Shown piece by piece: positions 9,389 through 19,749 of a DNA stretch of 63,811 nucleotides. Source of the DNA: a virus (Duplodnaviria > Caudoviricetes); the IMG/VR virus record IMGVR_UViG_3300045135_000802, positions 1-63,811 of that record. One strand, 5' to 3'. Within the stretch, counting starts at the first letter, position 1. Each line of letters opens with the position of its first letter. The position numbers and the translations under genes were made by a program. A model generated the notes under the pieces. It saw only the letters and a program-made list of their open reading frames with translations. It was not told the DNA's origin and ran no database searches.

Positions 9389-12300
9389 TGGCTGATGATT
9401 TAACGAAGCTCAAGGAAGCCATAGCTCTCCTTGATGCCCAAAATACAACGACAACTACGGTTGTTGAGACTGGTACTGTTGCTACAACGACCATTCAACA
9501 ACCTAAAATAGATTTCGCAGCAGCGTTAAAGTCGTTGGGTATCAACTCGGCTTCCGATCTTGTTTCTGCTACTCAATATAAAGCTGATATGACAGCGATC
9601 GACGTTCGCTTTACTGACGTCTATGCTAGAATTGACGATTTGATGAGAAAGTGGGATGCTGATTATGCTAAACAAGATATGTTTCAGCTCGCCCTTGCTA
9701 ATACCAACTTGGCTATCGCTACGTTACAGCAAGAACTTTACTCTACAAATACAGACATTCGAGAGGTTATAAACGATAATCTAGCGAATACAAACCTATA
9801 CATAGCGAATGTAGCAGTGAGTGCGGGTGAGGTATCTAATGCTTATCTACAAAGTACGTTCACTACAAATAATGCTTTCCAGTCAGCGCTAGCGAATACG
9901 AATCAGTACATTGCTTACGTTTCGGCTAATGCGGGCGAAGTATCTAATGCGTATCTGACCGCAACGTTTACAACTAATACAGCGTTTCAGTCTGTTGTAT
10001 CTAATACTAACTTGGCGATTGCTGATCGTATTCAGGTCGCTAACTCAGCTACGAATATCACGTCAGCGATTGACGGACTAATCGATAGTGCTCCAGCTAC
10101 ACTCGATACATTAAATGAACTAGCAGCAGCGCTGGCTGACGATGCTAACTTCGCTTCAACCGTAACATCGGCTCTAGCAAGTAAAGCAAGTAATGCGGCA
10201 TTCCAGTCAGCGTTGGCTAACACTAATTCTTACATAGCGACTAAAGCCGACTCGACAACTGTAGAACTTAATCTAGCGAATACAAACGCATATATCGCTA
10301 CGGTTGCTGGCGCTGATGCTTCTAATCTCGCTAACACTAATGCTTGGATTCAGTCTAATCTAGCTAATACGAATGCTTACATAGCGACTAAGGCTGACTC
10401 TACAACGGTTGCGTCAAACCTAGCGAATACCAATGCTTACATAGCGACTAAGGCAGATAGCTCTACAGTTGAAAGCTACCTAGCGAATACAAACGCATAC
10501 ATAGCGACTAAAGCCGACTCGACAACTGTAGCACTAAACCTTGCTAATACTAATTCTTACATTGCTTCGGTTGCTGGAGAAGTGGCGTCTAATCTAGCTA
10601 ACACTAATTCTTACATAGCGACTAAAGCCGACTCGACAACTGTAGCACTAAACCTTGCTAATACTAATTCTTACATTGCTTCGGTTGCTGGAGAAGTGGC
10701 GTCTAATCTAGCTAACACTAATTCTTACATAGCAACTAAAGCGGATAGCTCAGTCGTAGAGAGTTACTTAGCTAACACTAATGCATACATAGCATCTTCA
10801 ATCAATACAAACAACCTAGCTCTAGCAAATACGAATGCTTGGGTTGCTAATACGGAAGCATGGGTAAATGCTAATCTCGCTAATACCAATGCTTGGATTG
10901 CTACTAAAGCAGATAGCTCAACTGTTGAAGGATACCTTGCTAACACTAATGCTTACATAGCGACTAAAGCTGACACATCTACTCTGACTTCTCAGTATGT
11001 ATCTAATACAACCTTCCAGCTATTTGTTGCTAACACTAACGCTTATATTGCTGACGTTGCGGTAAATGCTGGCGAGGTTTCTAACACTTACTTACAATCT
11101 TTGGTTGCTAATACCAATGCTTGGATATACGGTGTAGACACTAGAGAAAGATTGGCGTTGGCGAATACAAACGCAGCTATCGCAGATCGTATTCAGGTTG
11201 CTAACTCAGCTTCAAATATATCTACAGCAATCTCTAACCTAGTTGATACAGCGCCAGCTACGCTCGATACATTGAATGAACTAGCGGCAGCTCTAGGCGA
11301 TGATGCTAACTTCGCTTCAACCGTAACATTGGCTCTAGCAACTAAAGCATCTAACACTTATGTAAATACATTACTTGCGAATACGAATGCTTACATAGCA
11401 ACGAAAGCCAATACAAATATGATCTTCAGCGGTTCGTATTCTGATCTTACTAGCAAACCTAACCTTGGACAGTATCTACAAGTATCAAACTTTAATGTTA
11501 TCTTAGCAAATACAAACGCATATATCGCTACTAAAGCGAATACTAATATGATCTTCAGTGGTTCGTATGCTGATCTTACAAACAAACCTAATCTAAATCA
11601 ATACCTTCAGGTTGCTAATGCGAGCTCTACATACGCTACAACATCTACTGTTAAAGGATACCTAGCAAATACAAACTCTTATATTGCTACTAAACTAAAC
11701 TCTTCAGCGTACACTACCGCCGATGTTCAGTCTAAAGCAGCATTGGCTAATACTAACAGCTACATAGCGACTAAACTAAACTCTTCAGCGTACACCACCG
11801 CCGATGTTCAGTCTAAAGCAGCATTGGCTAATACTAACAGCTACATAGCGACTAAACTAAACTCTTCAGCGTACACCACCGCTGATGTTCAGGCTAAAGC
11901 AGCATTGGCTAATACAAACTCTTATATTGCTACTAAACTGAATTCATCATCATACACCACCGCTGACGTTCGGGCTAAAGCGGCTCTAGCAAATACAAAC
12001 TCTTATATTGCTACTAAACTGAATTCGTCATCGTATACAACAGCTGATGTTCAGGCTAAAGCAGCTCTAGCAAATACAAACTCTTATATTGCTACTAAAC
12101 TGAATTCGTCATCGTATACAACAGCTGATGTTCAGGCTAAAGCAGCTCTAGCAAATACAAACAGCTGGATTGCTACGAAGGCTGATGCTAGTTCTATATT
12201 CAGTGGTGATTATGATGACCTAAGTAATAAGCCAAACCTTGGACAGTATCTACAGGTTTCAAACGCTAACATTACTCTAGCAAATACAAATGCTTACATA

Positions 12301-12486
12301 GCAGCGGTTGAAGCTTCAGCTGGCGGTGGCGGTGTTGACGCTAACACTGTACTTGATCTCATTGATTCTAGACTTTACTCTAGAACTATTGGAGATATTG
12401 TTGGTTCCGATGGAATGGTTGGACAGGTTCTTATCAGCTATGGCGATGGAACTTCTTACTGGGGCTGGGCGAATACAGCGGTCTAA
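9388..12486 (+). CDS. LANTN-repeat fibre/coiled-coil structural protein
   Basis: 1032 aa, dozens of LANTN(A/S)YIAT repeats, two APATLDTLNELAAAL.DDANFASTVT tail-fibre motifs, FSG.Y.DL.NKP motifs. Confidence 0.7.
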   Translation: MADDLTKLKEAIALLDAQNTTTTTVVETGTVATTTIQQPKIDFAAALKSLGINSASDLVSATQYKADMTAIDVRFTDVYARIDDLMRKWDADYAKQDMFQLALANTNLAIATLQQELYSTNTDIREVINDNLANTNLYIANVAVSAGEVSNAYLQSTFTTNNAFQSALANTNQYIAYVSANAGEVSNAYLTATFTTNTAFQSVVSNTNLAIADRIQVANSATNITSAIDGLIDSAPATLDTLNELAAALADDANFASTVTSALASKASNAAFQSALANTNSYIATKADSTTVELNLANTNAYIATVAGADASNLANTNAWIQSNLANTNAYIATKADSTTVASNLANTNAYIATKADSSTVESYLANTNAYIATKADSTTVALNLANTNSYIASVAGEVASNLANTNSYIATKADSTTVALNLANTNSYIASVAGEVASNLANTNSYIATKADSSVVESYLANTNAYIASSINTNNLALANTNAWVANTEAWVNANLANTNAWIATKADSSTVEGYLANTNAYIATKADTSTLTSQYVSNTTFQLFVANTNAYIADVAVNAGEVSNTYLQSLVANTNAWIYGVDTRERLALANTNAAIADRIQVANSASNISTAISNLVDTAPATLDTLNELAAALGDDANFASTVTLALATKASNTYVNTLLANTNAYIATKANTNMIFSGSYSDLTSKPNLGQYLQVSNFNVILANTNAYIATKANTNMIFSGSYADLTNKPNLNQYLQVANASSTYATTSTVKGYLANTNSYIATKLNSSAYTTADVQSKAALANTNSYIATKLNSSAYTTADVQSKAALANTNSYIATKLNSSAYTTADVQAKAALANTNSYIATKLNSSSYTTADVRAKAALANTNSYIATKLNSSSYTTADVQAKAALANTNSYIATKLNSSSYTTADVQAKAALANTNSWIATKADASSIFSGDYDDLSNKPNLGQYLQVSNANITLANTNAYIAAVEASAGGGGVDANTVLDLIDSRLYSRTIGDIVGSDGMVGQVLISYGDGTSYWGWANTAV
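10501..10728 (+). repeat. Perfect 114-bp in-frame tandem duplication
   Basis: 10501-10614 and 10615-10728 read identically (38 codons). Confidence 0.9.
11662..12180 (+). repeat. 81-bp (27 aa) coding tandem repeat, six copies plus a partial
   Basis: LANTNSYIATKLNSS(A/S)YTTADVQ(S/A)KAA units starting at 11662 with period 81 (seventh start at 12148). Confidence 0.9.
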
Positions 12487-12489
12487 TTT

Positions 12490-12930
12490 ATGGCTATACA
12501 AATAACACCAACAGTACTCCCTGCTGCTAAAAGGGACACTGACGTATCGTATGATATATCGATTACACCAACAGCTGGAGAAGAGATATATTCTATAACG
12601 ATTACAAAGAACTTTGACGATCATGGTATTGATACGTTTGGTTCTTCTATCTACGGCAGATATGTAAATCAATTTAGAGATAGCATTACTTATGTAAGCA
12701 AAGGTTCTAGCGATTTACTTGAAGATCCTGAAACGGTTATTGGTACAGGGAATATGCCGTTTGGAAAAGATGTAATTGGATTTGTTTGCGATACAACGAA
12801 AGAAAGTAATGTAACATATACTGTAACAGTTACGCATGACTCTGGAACTGAAACTGCTACAATAACACAAAAAGTGAATAACGATTTTGATGGTTATATT
12901 AAATGGTTGAAGGATTATTTAGCGTCTTAA
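12490..12930 (+). CDS. Hypothetical protein (beta-rich)
   Basis: 146 aa ORF in tight operon context. Confidence 0.7.
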   Translation: MAIQITPTVLPAAKRDTDVSYDISITPTAGEEIYSITITKNFDDHGIDTFGSSIYGRYVNQFRDSITYVSKGSSDLLEDPETVIGTGNMPFGKDVIGFVCDTTKESNVTYTVTVTHDSGTETATITQKVNNDFDGYIKWLKDYLAS

Positions 12931-13103
12931 TAGACGGTGAGGTTCATACATTTATACACTTTGACGATATCCCGTTAGAGTTTGAGAACCTTATATCCTT
13001 TGAACCTAAATTTCCTGAACCGCCACATACTGATGAGGAGCATGAAGTCATTCATCGTATTGGGGATCTACTAAAAGAATTAATGAAACGGGAGACGAAA
13101 TAA
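12903..13103 (+). CDS. Small hypothetical protein upstream of PAAR
   Basis: 66 aa, DIP..F.NLISF.P..PEPPHT.EEH; stop overlaps PAAR ATG; start uncertain. Confidence 0.7.
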   Translation: MVEGLFSVLIDGEVHTFIHFDDIPLEFENLISFEPKFPEPPHTDEEHEVIHRIGDLLKELMKRETK

Positions 13104-13393
13104 TGCCAGCCGCAACTCGAATAGGTGACGCAGACGTTACTCATTGTTCTGGAATGGTTAGAGCCGCAGGTTCTGGAAATGTATTTGTAAATAGTATTCC
13201 TTGGTCAAGACAAGGGGATCCTAATACAACGCATCTGCTTCCTGGATCACCGTGTCCACCTCACTCGGCTTCGATTGCTTCAGGCTCTGGTTCAGTGTTT
13301 GTAAACGATAAAGGTGCTGGAAGAGTTGGAGATGCTATCAGCGGATGTACTTCTGTTGCTGCTGGCTCTGGTGATGTGTACGCTGGCGACTAA
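13103..13393 (+). CDS. 5.4: PAAR spike-tip protein (gp5.4-like)
   Basis: MPAATRIGD, GSGNVFVN...RQGD, GSGSVFVN...RVGD; His/Cys metal ligands. Confidence 0.93.
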   Translation: MPAATRIGDADVTHCSGMVRAAGSGNVFVNSIPWSRQGDPNTTHLLPGSPCPPHSASIASGSGSVFVNDKGAGRVGDAISGCTSVAAGSGDVYAGD

Positions 13394-13443
13394 ATAGGTT
13401 AAGAACTGAATAATCTTAATTTGGCTTAAAGCGGACATTATTG

Positions 13444-13472
13444 ATTATACTTGAATGTTAATTGAAAGTAAA
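13444..13472 (-). promoter_or_regulatory. sigma70/T4-early-type promoter, antisense to the late genes
   Basis: Minus strand TTTACT-17 nt-TATAAT with upstream A-tract, in an intergenic gap. Confidence 0.55.
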
Positions 13473-13482
13473 GGACTTTTTT

Positions 13483-13656
13483 ATGGAATTACACGATTCT
13501 TTAGTAAATTTATTTGAAACATACGCTTTTGAGAGCGATAAGTTCAAAGAAGGAAATGCCTCAGCTGGAACAAGAGCACGAAAAGCTCTTGCTGAAATAT
13601 CTAAACTATGTAAAGAACGAAGAGCTGAGATACAAACTATTAAAAACGGAAAATAA
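13483..13656 (+). CDS. Histone H1-like (Hc1-family) small protein
   Basis: KF.EGNASAGTRARKALAEISKLCKERRAEIQ resembles the Hc1 N-terminal helical motif; ATG 13483 has AAGGA SD. Confidence 0.65.
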   Translation: MELHDSLVNLFETYAFESDKFKEGNASAGTRARKALAEISKLCKERRAEIQTIKNGK

Positions 13657-13660
13657 ATAA

Positions 13661-14056
13661 ATGGCACAACCTAAGAAAGATATCTTTAGCGACTTGGATC
13701 TAGCGTTTATACCGCATCCAGCTACAAGTCAGGTTGTGCGTAAGAGAGATAGAGACGCTGTGAAACAATCAGTTAAGTCTCTAATTTTGACGAACTATTA
13801 TGAGCGACCTTTTAAATCTGATATTGGCTGTTCTATTCGTCAGCATCTTTTCGAATTGTTCACTCCTGCTACTAAGCAGAATATGGAAAGAGCTATTCGT
13901 GAAGTCATCAAAAACTACGAACCAAGAGCTGAAATCATAGACGTGTTCGTGGAAGACTACCCCGAAAGAAACGCATTAACGGCATCACTTGCCTTTATGG
14001 TTAAGAACGACCCCACGCCTGTTGTTCTTGATCTATTACTAGAAAGAGTACGATAA
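13661..14056 (+). CDS. 25: Baseplate wedge subunit gp25
   Basis: FSDLDLAF..HP, AVKQSVKSLILTNYYERPF...IG, IKNYEPRA. Confidence 0.93.
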   Translation: MAQPKKDIFSDLDLAFIPHPATSQVVRKRDRDAVKQSVKSLILTNYYERPFKSDIGCSIRQHLFELFTPATKQNMERAIREVIKNYEPRAEIIDVFVEDYPERNALTASLAFMVKNDPTPVVLDLLLERVR

Positions 14057-15826
14057 ATGGCAGCCAATACATATCTACAAGCAACGGAGCTAGACTTCAA
14101 CGGTATCCGTGAGAACCTTAAAACATATTTAAGATCTCAAGATAACCTTAAAGACTTCGATTATGAAGGCTCTGTGATGTCTGTATTGTTAGATCTTCTA
14201 GCATACAATACGCATTACAACGGATACTATGCTAACATGCTTGCGAACGAAATGTTCCTTGATACGGCTCAACAGCGTGATTCAGTTGTATCAAGAGCAA
14301 AAGAGTTAGGATACACTCCAACTTCAGCATCGGGTGCGGTAGCAGCAATCACTATGAGCTTCACCGATGTTCCTTCAACGGTTGCTCAATTAACGATTCC
14401 AAAGTACTCTAAATTTAAGACTGTAATTGACGATACGACTTACAACTTCGTAACAACTGAAGCAACTACGGTATTGAATAATGGCGGAACGTTTGAGAAG
14501 CAGATTAGCATTAAAGAAGGAACGAAGCTTACGCATCGATTTGTTGTAGACTCTAGTAATCCTACACGATACGTTCTTCCTAATGCTCAGGTTGACGTAT
14601 CAAGCATCGTAGTTACAGTTCAGAATTCATTGGTTGACGATACTACAGTCGAATATACAAGAGCGACTAACATCAATCAGATCTACTCTACTTCTAAGAT
14701 ATACTTTGTTGAAGAAGCATACGACGAGAAGTATGAGATTGTATTCGGTAAAGGGGCTCTTGGTCTAGCACCTAAGAACGGCAACATTGTAATTGTAGAT
14801 TACATTGTATGTAACGGCGACGAAGCGAACGGAGCTAAGTCTTTTGAGTCTACTTCTCAGTATACAGCTGGCGGTCAATCTATTACAGCTTCGGTTAAGT
14901 CAGTTGACGTTACGGCTCTTGGCGGTCGCTTCGCTGAAACTATAGACTCAATCAAGTTTAATGCGCCAAGGAACTATCAAACTCAGAACCGTTGCGTTAT
15001 TGATAACGACTATGAGCGAATCATTCTTTCTGAGAATGCGGATATTCAATCGGTTGTTGCTTATGGTGGTGAGAATGCCATTGTTCCGACGTTCGGTAAA
15101 GTGTTCATTGGTCTTAAACCGTTTGGCGAGCAATATCTAACGTATAATAGAAAGAATGAAATCAAAGCTTCTATTCAAGATAGAACGCCTCTTGGTATTG
15201 ATCCTGTTATCGTTGACCCTGAATACACTTACGTTCTTGTGAATATCAATACATATTACGATAGAACATCTTCAACAGCTACACTAGGCGAAATTGAACT
15301 GGCGGTAAGAGAAGCGATTACTGATTTCTCTACTAATCAGTTAGAACGTTTTGGTAATCGTTTGAGATACTCACGTTTCGTTCGTGCCCTAGATAATATT
15401 ACTGTTGGAAGTATTCTTAACAACGATGCATCGGTACGCATTCAAAAACGTTTCGTTCCTGATATCAACGTTCCTCAGAAGCTTGAGCTCTACTTCAGCA
15501 ACACGCTAAGAGCAGGTACGATTACTTCTACAGAATTTACATACAAAGGGTTCTCTTGTTTCTTTGATGATGACGGTGAAGGTTCGATTGGTATCTTCCG
15601 TTACAATAATGAGAAACAGAAAATCTATGTAGATACTGGCGTTGGTACAGTTGATTATGATGCTGGTCTAGTTACCGTTGAAGCATTTAAACCTTCGGCT
15701 TACTCTGATATTCAGATGAAAGTAACGGCTATTCCTGATCGATTTGATGTTACCCCAGTAAGAGAGCAAGTTCTGGTAATGGATCAGAATGACGCTACAA
15801 TTCAAATTATATCTGAGTACACCTAA
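14057..15826 (+). CDS. 6: Baseplate wedge subunit gp6
   Basis: LDFNGIRENLK, DFDYEGS, LLDLLAYNTHY, EMFLDTAQ.R.SVVSRAKELGYTP, ETIDSIKFNAP..YQTQNRCV. Confidence 0.95.
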   Translation: MAANTYLQATELDFNGIRENLKTYLRSQDNLKDFDYEGSVMSVLLDLLAYNTHYNGYYANMLANEMFLDTAQQRDSVVSRAKELGYTPTSASGAVAAITMSFTDVPSTVAQLTIPKYSKFKTVIDDTTYNFVTTEATTVLNNGGTFEKQISIKEGTKLTHRFVVDSSNPTRYVLPNAQVDVSSIVVTVQNSLVDDTTVEYTRATNINQIYSTSKIYFVEEAYDEKYEIVFGKGALGLAPKNGNIVIVDYIVCNGDEANGAKSFESTSQYTAGGQSITASVKSVDVTALGGRFAETIDSIKFNAPRNYQTQNRCVIDNDYERIILSENADIQSVVAYGGENAIVPTFGKVFIGLKPFGEQYLTYNRKNEIKASIQDRTPLGIDPVIVDPEYTYVLVNINTYYDRTSSTATLGEIELAVREAITDFSTNQLERFGNRLRYSRFVRALDNITVGSILNNDASVRIQKRFVPDINVPQKLELYFSNTLRAGTITSTEFTYKGFSCFFDDDGEGSIGIFRYNNEKQKIYVDTGVGTVDYDAGLVTVEAFKPSAYSDIQMKVTAIPDRFDVTPVREQVLVMDQNDATIQIISEYT

Positions 15827-18800
15827 TGGAATTTGTAGAGCGAATCTCTAATCTAGTAAAACGGCAGTTCCCCGAATTCTATCAAGAGGACGGGGAAAAC
15901 TTTATAGCGTTTATCACTGCTTACTATGAATACATGGAGCAGGAAGGTAAGGCTACAAGCGTTTTACGAAATCTAAAAAACTATAAGAATATAGATACGA
16001 CTCTTGATGAATATCTAGAGTATTTCAGACGTGATCTATTGCCTTCTGTTCCAACTGAAGCACTAGCTGATAAAGCATTGATGGCTAAGTACATCAAGAA
16101 CTTCAACCTTTCTAGAGGTACGCTTGCTTCATACAAACTCCTATTCCGTGCGCTTTACAACGAAGATATTGATGTAAGATACCCAGCAGACCAAATACTG
16201 AAGGTGTCTGATGGCGACTGGAGACTAGAGCGATACCTTGTAACTAGCTACGATTCTTTGACTTATAAGTTTATCGGTAAGACTATCAAAGGTGTGGACT
16301 CAGATGCCGAAGCTCTAGTTGAAGATATTGTTAGACGTAATGTTCGTGGTCGAGATCTAATGCAGATCATACTATCGAATATCCGTGGAACATTTAATAA
16401 CAACGAACCTATCCGTCTACTTACTGATACAAATTCGTCTGGCCATGCTCCTATAGTAGAAGCAGGTATCAACTCTATTCAGATTATATCTCCAGGAAGT
16501 AACTATGCTGCTGGCGACGTTGTAAGTCTTATCTCTGAACAGAACGGCGACTTTGGTAAGGTCGTTGTAACAGAAACTCAAGACTTGGGTGGTGTACTTA
16601 CATTCGAAATTAAGAATGGCGGTTCAGGTTACACCCCAACAATAGATGCGGTTTATGGTTCGACTGATGTTAAGTTTGTAGGTGGTGACGGCTCCGAACT
16701 TGCTACCTTTGTTATCAGTCGAGATGATATTGTAGATACGTTTGCTTTATCTGTAAACCTTAATATGTTCAGCTCAAATAACGTCTTTGGAGAGAATGCT
16801 CCTCTGATTGATGATGTTTGGGATAGAATCAATGATGACGGCACGGTAACAACAATAACAACCCGTGAAAACCGTTCTACATTGGGTTCAAACATTATCT
16901 GTAGCCCACGTTACGGATTTAAGGAAGCTGGTGAGACTACAACTAAAGCTGACTTCCATGATCATGCTAACGCTGTTATTAACGTAGCAAACAACACATA
17001 CGAACTTAGAATCGGTCAGTCTATTCATGGCGTATCTTCAGAGGCTAATGGTCAAGTAATTGCTATCGTTGATCCTACTCCTGGAGATGCTTGGGTACGT
17101 GTAAATACTTACGGTACATTCCAAGTAAACGAAGATCTTAAAGTCGGAAGTCTACTCAGCGGTAATACAGTTGGCAAGATCATAGAGTTTCAAGCGAACA
17201 CTATCGGCTATCATGTACTTGATATTGCGAACACTGATGGCGTTGAGATTACAGCAGGTTCTGAAGTTGTAGGCTCTACCCCATTTAACGATATCGACTC
17301 TGTAATCTATGAACCTAACTTCTCATTTGGTGTTATCAAAGACGTTCTTAGAGTACAGAATTACGCTTACGAATATAATGCTACATCAAATACGGTACTC
17401 AGCGGAACAATTACCGCAGCGGCTAATACAGTTACAGGTTCGGGTACTTCGTTCCTAACCGATTTCCAGAACGGCGATGTAATTAAAGTAGACGGATACC
17501 GTAAACGTGTGGCAGCTATTCACACAGATACCGAACTTATTACTGCGAGCGAGTTTGATCCAGCTATTACTTCAGCTTCAGCTTACGGAAGAGGCGGTAA
17601 GTATCGTTCTATTGTAACGACCCGTGTTGGCGCTAATAACTCAGCGAACAGCTTCGGTGTAGGCTCAGGTAGATACTCACAATTTAGATCTGGTCCGATG
17701 GGCGCATTCTATGAGAATGAAGGTCTACGTCTAGTTGGTTCTAGCTCTCCAATAGGTAACGTTGTTACATCAACTTCAAATACTATTATTGAGAATATGC
17801 ATACTCGCTTAAGAGATTCTCTAGTTTTTGAAGCATCGGTGTTTGGTACTATCGGTCAGCTTTCTCTAGTTGATGGCGGTACAAACTACACGGTTGCTCC
17901 TGAAGTTGTTGTTCGTGAACCCGATATCGCTTCGCTTGGTATCGGTGAATGTTGGATGACTCTTCAGACTGACGAGAACTACTGGGGAACAGGCGATCCA
18001 ACAGTAACTAAACTTGATACAAACGATAGGATTGTTCAGGTTGAAACTGGCGCTATTGGCGACGTTAAAGGTTCTTTGAACTCAGCTGTTGTAACTCAGA
18101 CGCAACATGCTAACGGTACATACGAAACTACTCTACGTCTATGGCAGAAGTTTGGACAGAAAGTTCCAGGAAACGTATACTTCATTGGTCCGAATCATTT
18201 GATTGGACAGACCTCAGAAGTTATATCTTCAGGTTCAGGTTCGTCTACAGTTACATACTACACGTATCAGGTAGGTCAAGAAACTATTCGCAGAACGAAT
18301 CCTCTATCGTTTAATGCTACGATTGAAGTGATGACTTCAGAATACATTCCTGGAGAAATTGATACTCGAACTAGATCTGCTGTAGGTACAGGTAAGATCA
18401 TTAGCGTTATTGATAATGGTGTTCTTGGTGAGAACGCTAACATCGAAGCATCGGTAGGTGCTGACGGTACTATCTCTAAAGTTAAGATGGTTGACTCTGG
18501 ATTCGCTTATCGTAATAACGAAGAAGTATTTGTTGAAGATCAAGGCGGCACAAACGCTAGAGTTAAACTGGGTCTTGGTGGCGTAGCGAACTCTGAAGGC
18601 TACTATGCTACAACTCGCTCTCAGATATCTACCGCTAGAGGTTACATTCACGATAACCATTACTACCAAGAGTTCAGCTACGAGATCGGTTCTCCAATTT
18701 CATTACAGCGTTATAAAGATATCGCTATGAAACTGGTTCACCCTTCTGGTCAGATTATGTTTGGTAAGTATCTTGCGCAGTCTAACGTAAACGTGGATAT

Positions 18801-19749
18801 TGTTGCTAATACAGTTCATACTAAACTTACAAGAGTGAATGGATTTGTTAACCTAGCTAAGACTAGAGCTTCGGGTTACATCAACCTAACAAATAATAGT
18901 GCGGATATTGTTGGTACAAGTACTGATCTTAGCAATGAGTTCTTAGGAAACCGTCACTACAAATACAGCGTTAGTCAGGCACTCGGCTATGCTAACGTTG
19001 CGAGCGGTTCTATTACTAGCAACTCGGTTGTTATTTATCGTGGCGGTAAGTACGTTTCTGCTCCTACGGTTACAATCAGTGCTCCTCAAACGTCTGGCGG
19101 TGTAACAGCTACGGCTACGGCAGTCATGAACGGCTCTGAGGTTGCTAATCTATCATTCACTAATACGGGTACAGGATACACTAACCCGCCTACAATTACA
19201 TTCTCGGTTGAAGATGTTATTACAGGCTCGGATGATTACAGTGCTAATCTATACATGGATACATCTAGCGAACATAATTACAATGTATTTAAGAACGGCA
19301 CGCTTCTATTAAAAGATACTGACTACACGGTAGATAGCAAAACTCAGATTACTCTTGCTACAGCTCCGGAGCAATCGGATATCGTTGATGTGTATGTTAA
19401 GGGCGATAAGATTTTGGTCGAATACGATCATGATAAATATCGTTTGGTAACGCTAAATCATATCGCCAACACCACTTCAGCTAACCTTGAGTTGGCTTGG
19501 AAACACGGTAACAAGCTTGGCGCTAACATTTACTTTAATAGAAACTGGGATCTTACTGCTACTTCATCGTCGTTTGGGGCTGGATCATTCAGCGATGGCG
19601 ATGTGATTACTATTAAGACTTCAGACGGTGCGCTATACAAAACTAAGATAAATAATGTTATAACTAACTTGACTGCCAACCTTGAGACAACTTGGGTTGG
19701 ACCAGATATCACTAACGGTATCGCTTACTACGAAACGGAAATTGAATAA
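15826..19749 (+). CDS. 7: Baseplate wedge initiator gp7-like, with large insertions
   Basis: QFPEFYQED..FI.FITAYYEYME, RGT..SYKLLFRALYNE, IHDNHYYQEFSYEI, KLVHPSG..MFG; between gp6 and gp8. Confidence 0.75.
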   Translation: MEFVERISNLVKRQFPEFYQEDGENFIAFITAYYEYMEQEGKATSVLRNLKNYKNIDTTLDEYLEYFRRDLLPSVPTEALADKALMAKYIKNFNLSRGTLASYKLLFRALYNEDIDVRYPADQILKVSDGDWRLERYLVTSYDSLTYKFIGKTIKGVDSDAEALVEDIVRRNVRGRDLMQIILSNIRGTFNNNEPIRLLTDTNSSGHAPIVEAGINSIQIISPGSNYAAGDVVSLISEQNGDFGKVVVTETQDLGGVLTFEIKNGGSGYTPTIDAVYGSTDVKFVGGDGSELATFVISRDDIVDTFALSVNLNMFSSNNVFGENAPLIDDVWDRINDDGTVTTITTRENRSTLGSNIICSPRYGFKEAGETTTKADFHDHANAVINVANNTYELRIGQSIHGVSSEANGQVIAIVDPTPGDAWVRVNTYGTFQVNEDLKVGSLLSGNTVGKIIEFQANTIGYHVLDIANTDGVEITAGSEVVGSTPFNDIDSVIYEPNFSFGVIKDVLRVQNYAYEYNATSNTVLSGTITAAANTVTGSGTSFLTDFQNGDVIKVDGYRKRVAAIHTDTELITASEFDPAITSASAYGRGGKYRSIVTTRVGANNSANSFGVGSGRYSQFRSGPMGAFYENEGLRLVGSSSPIGNVVTSTSNTIIENMHTRLRDSLVFEASVFGTIGQLSLVDGGTNYTVAPEVVVREPDIASLGIGECWMTLQTDENYWGTGDPTVTKLDTNDRIVQVETGAIGDVKGSLNSAVVTQTQHANGTYETTLRLWQKFGQKVPGNVYFIGPNHLIGQTSEVISSGSGSSTVTYYTYQVGQETIRRTNPLSFNATIEVMTSEYIPGEIDTRTRSAVGTGKIISVIDNGVLGENANIEASVGADGTISKVKMVDSGFAYRNNEEVFVEDQGGTNARVKLGLGGVANSEGYYATTRSQISTARGYIHDNHYYQEFSYEIGSPISLQRYKDIAMKLVHPSGQIMFGKYLAQSNVNVDIVANTVHTKLTRVNGFVNLAKTRASGYINLTNNSADIVGTSTDLSNEFLGNRHYKYSVSQALGYANVASGSITSNSVVIYRGGKYVSAPTVTISAPQTSGGVTATATAVMNGSEVANLSFTNTGTGYTNPPTITFSVEDVITGSDDYSANLYMDTSSEHNYNVFKNGTLLLKDTDYTVDSKTQITLATAPEQSDIVDVYVKGDKILVEYDHDKYRLVTLNHIANTTSANLELAWKHGNKLGANIYFNRNWDLTATSSSFGAGSFSDGDVITIKTSDGALYKTKINNVITNLTANLETTWVGPDITNGIAYYETEIE

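Noticed and set aside
6759-14056. Type VI secretion or eCIS locus (VgrG-like, PAAR, gp25)
   Set aside because: Context with gp2, gp4, gp32, T4 wedge genes and late promoters shows a T4-like phage baseplate.
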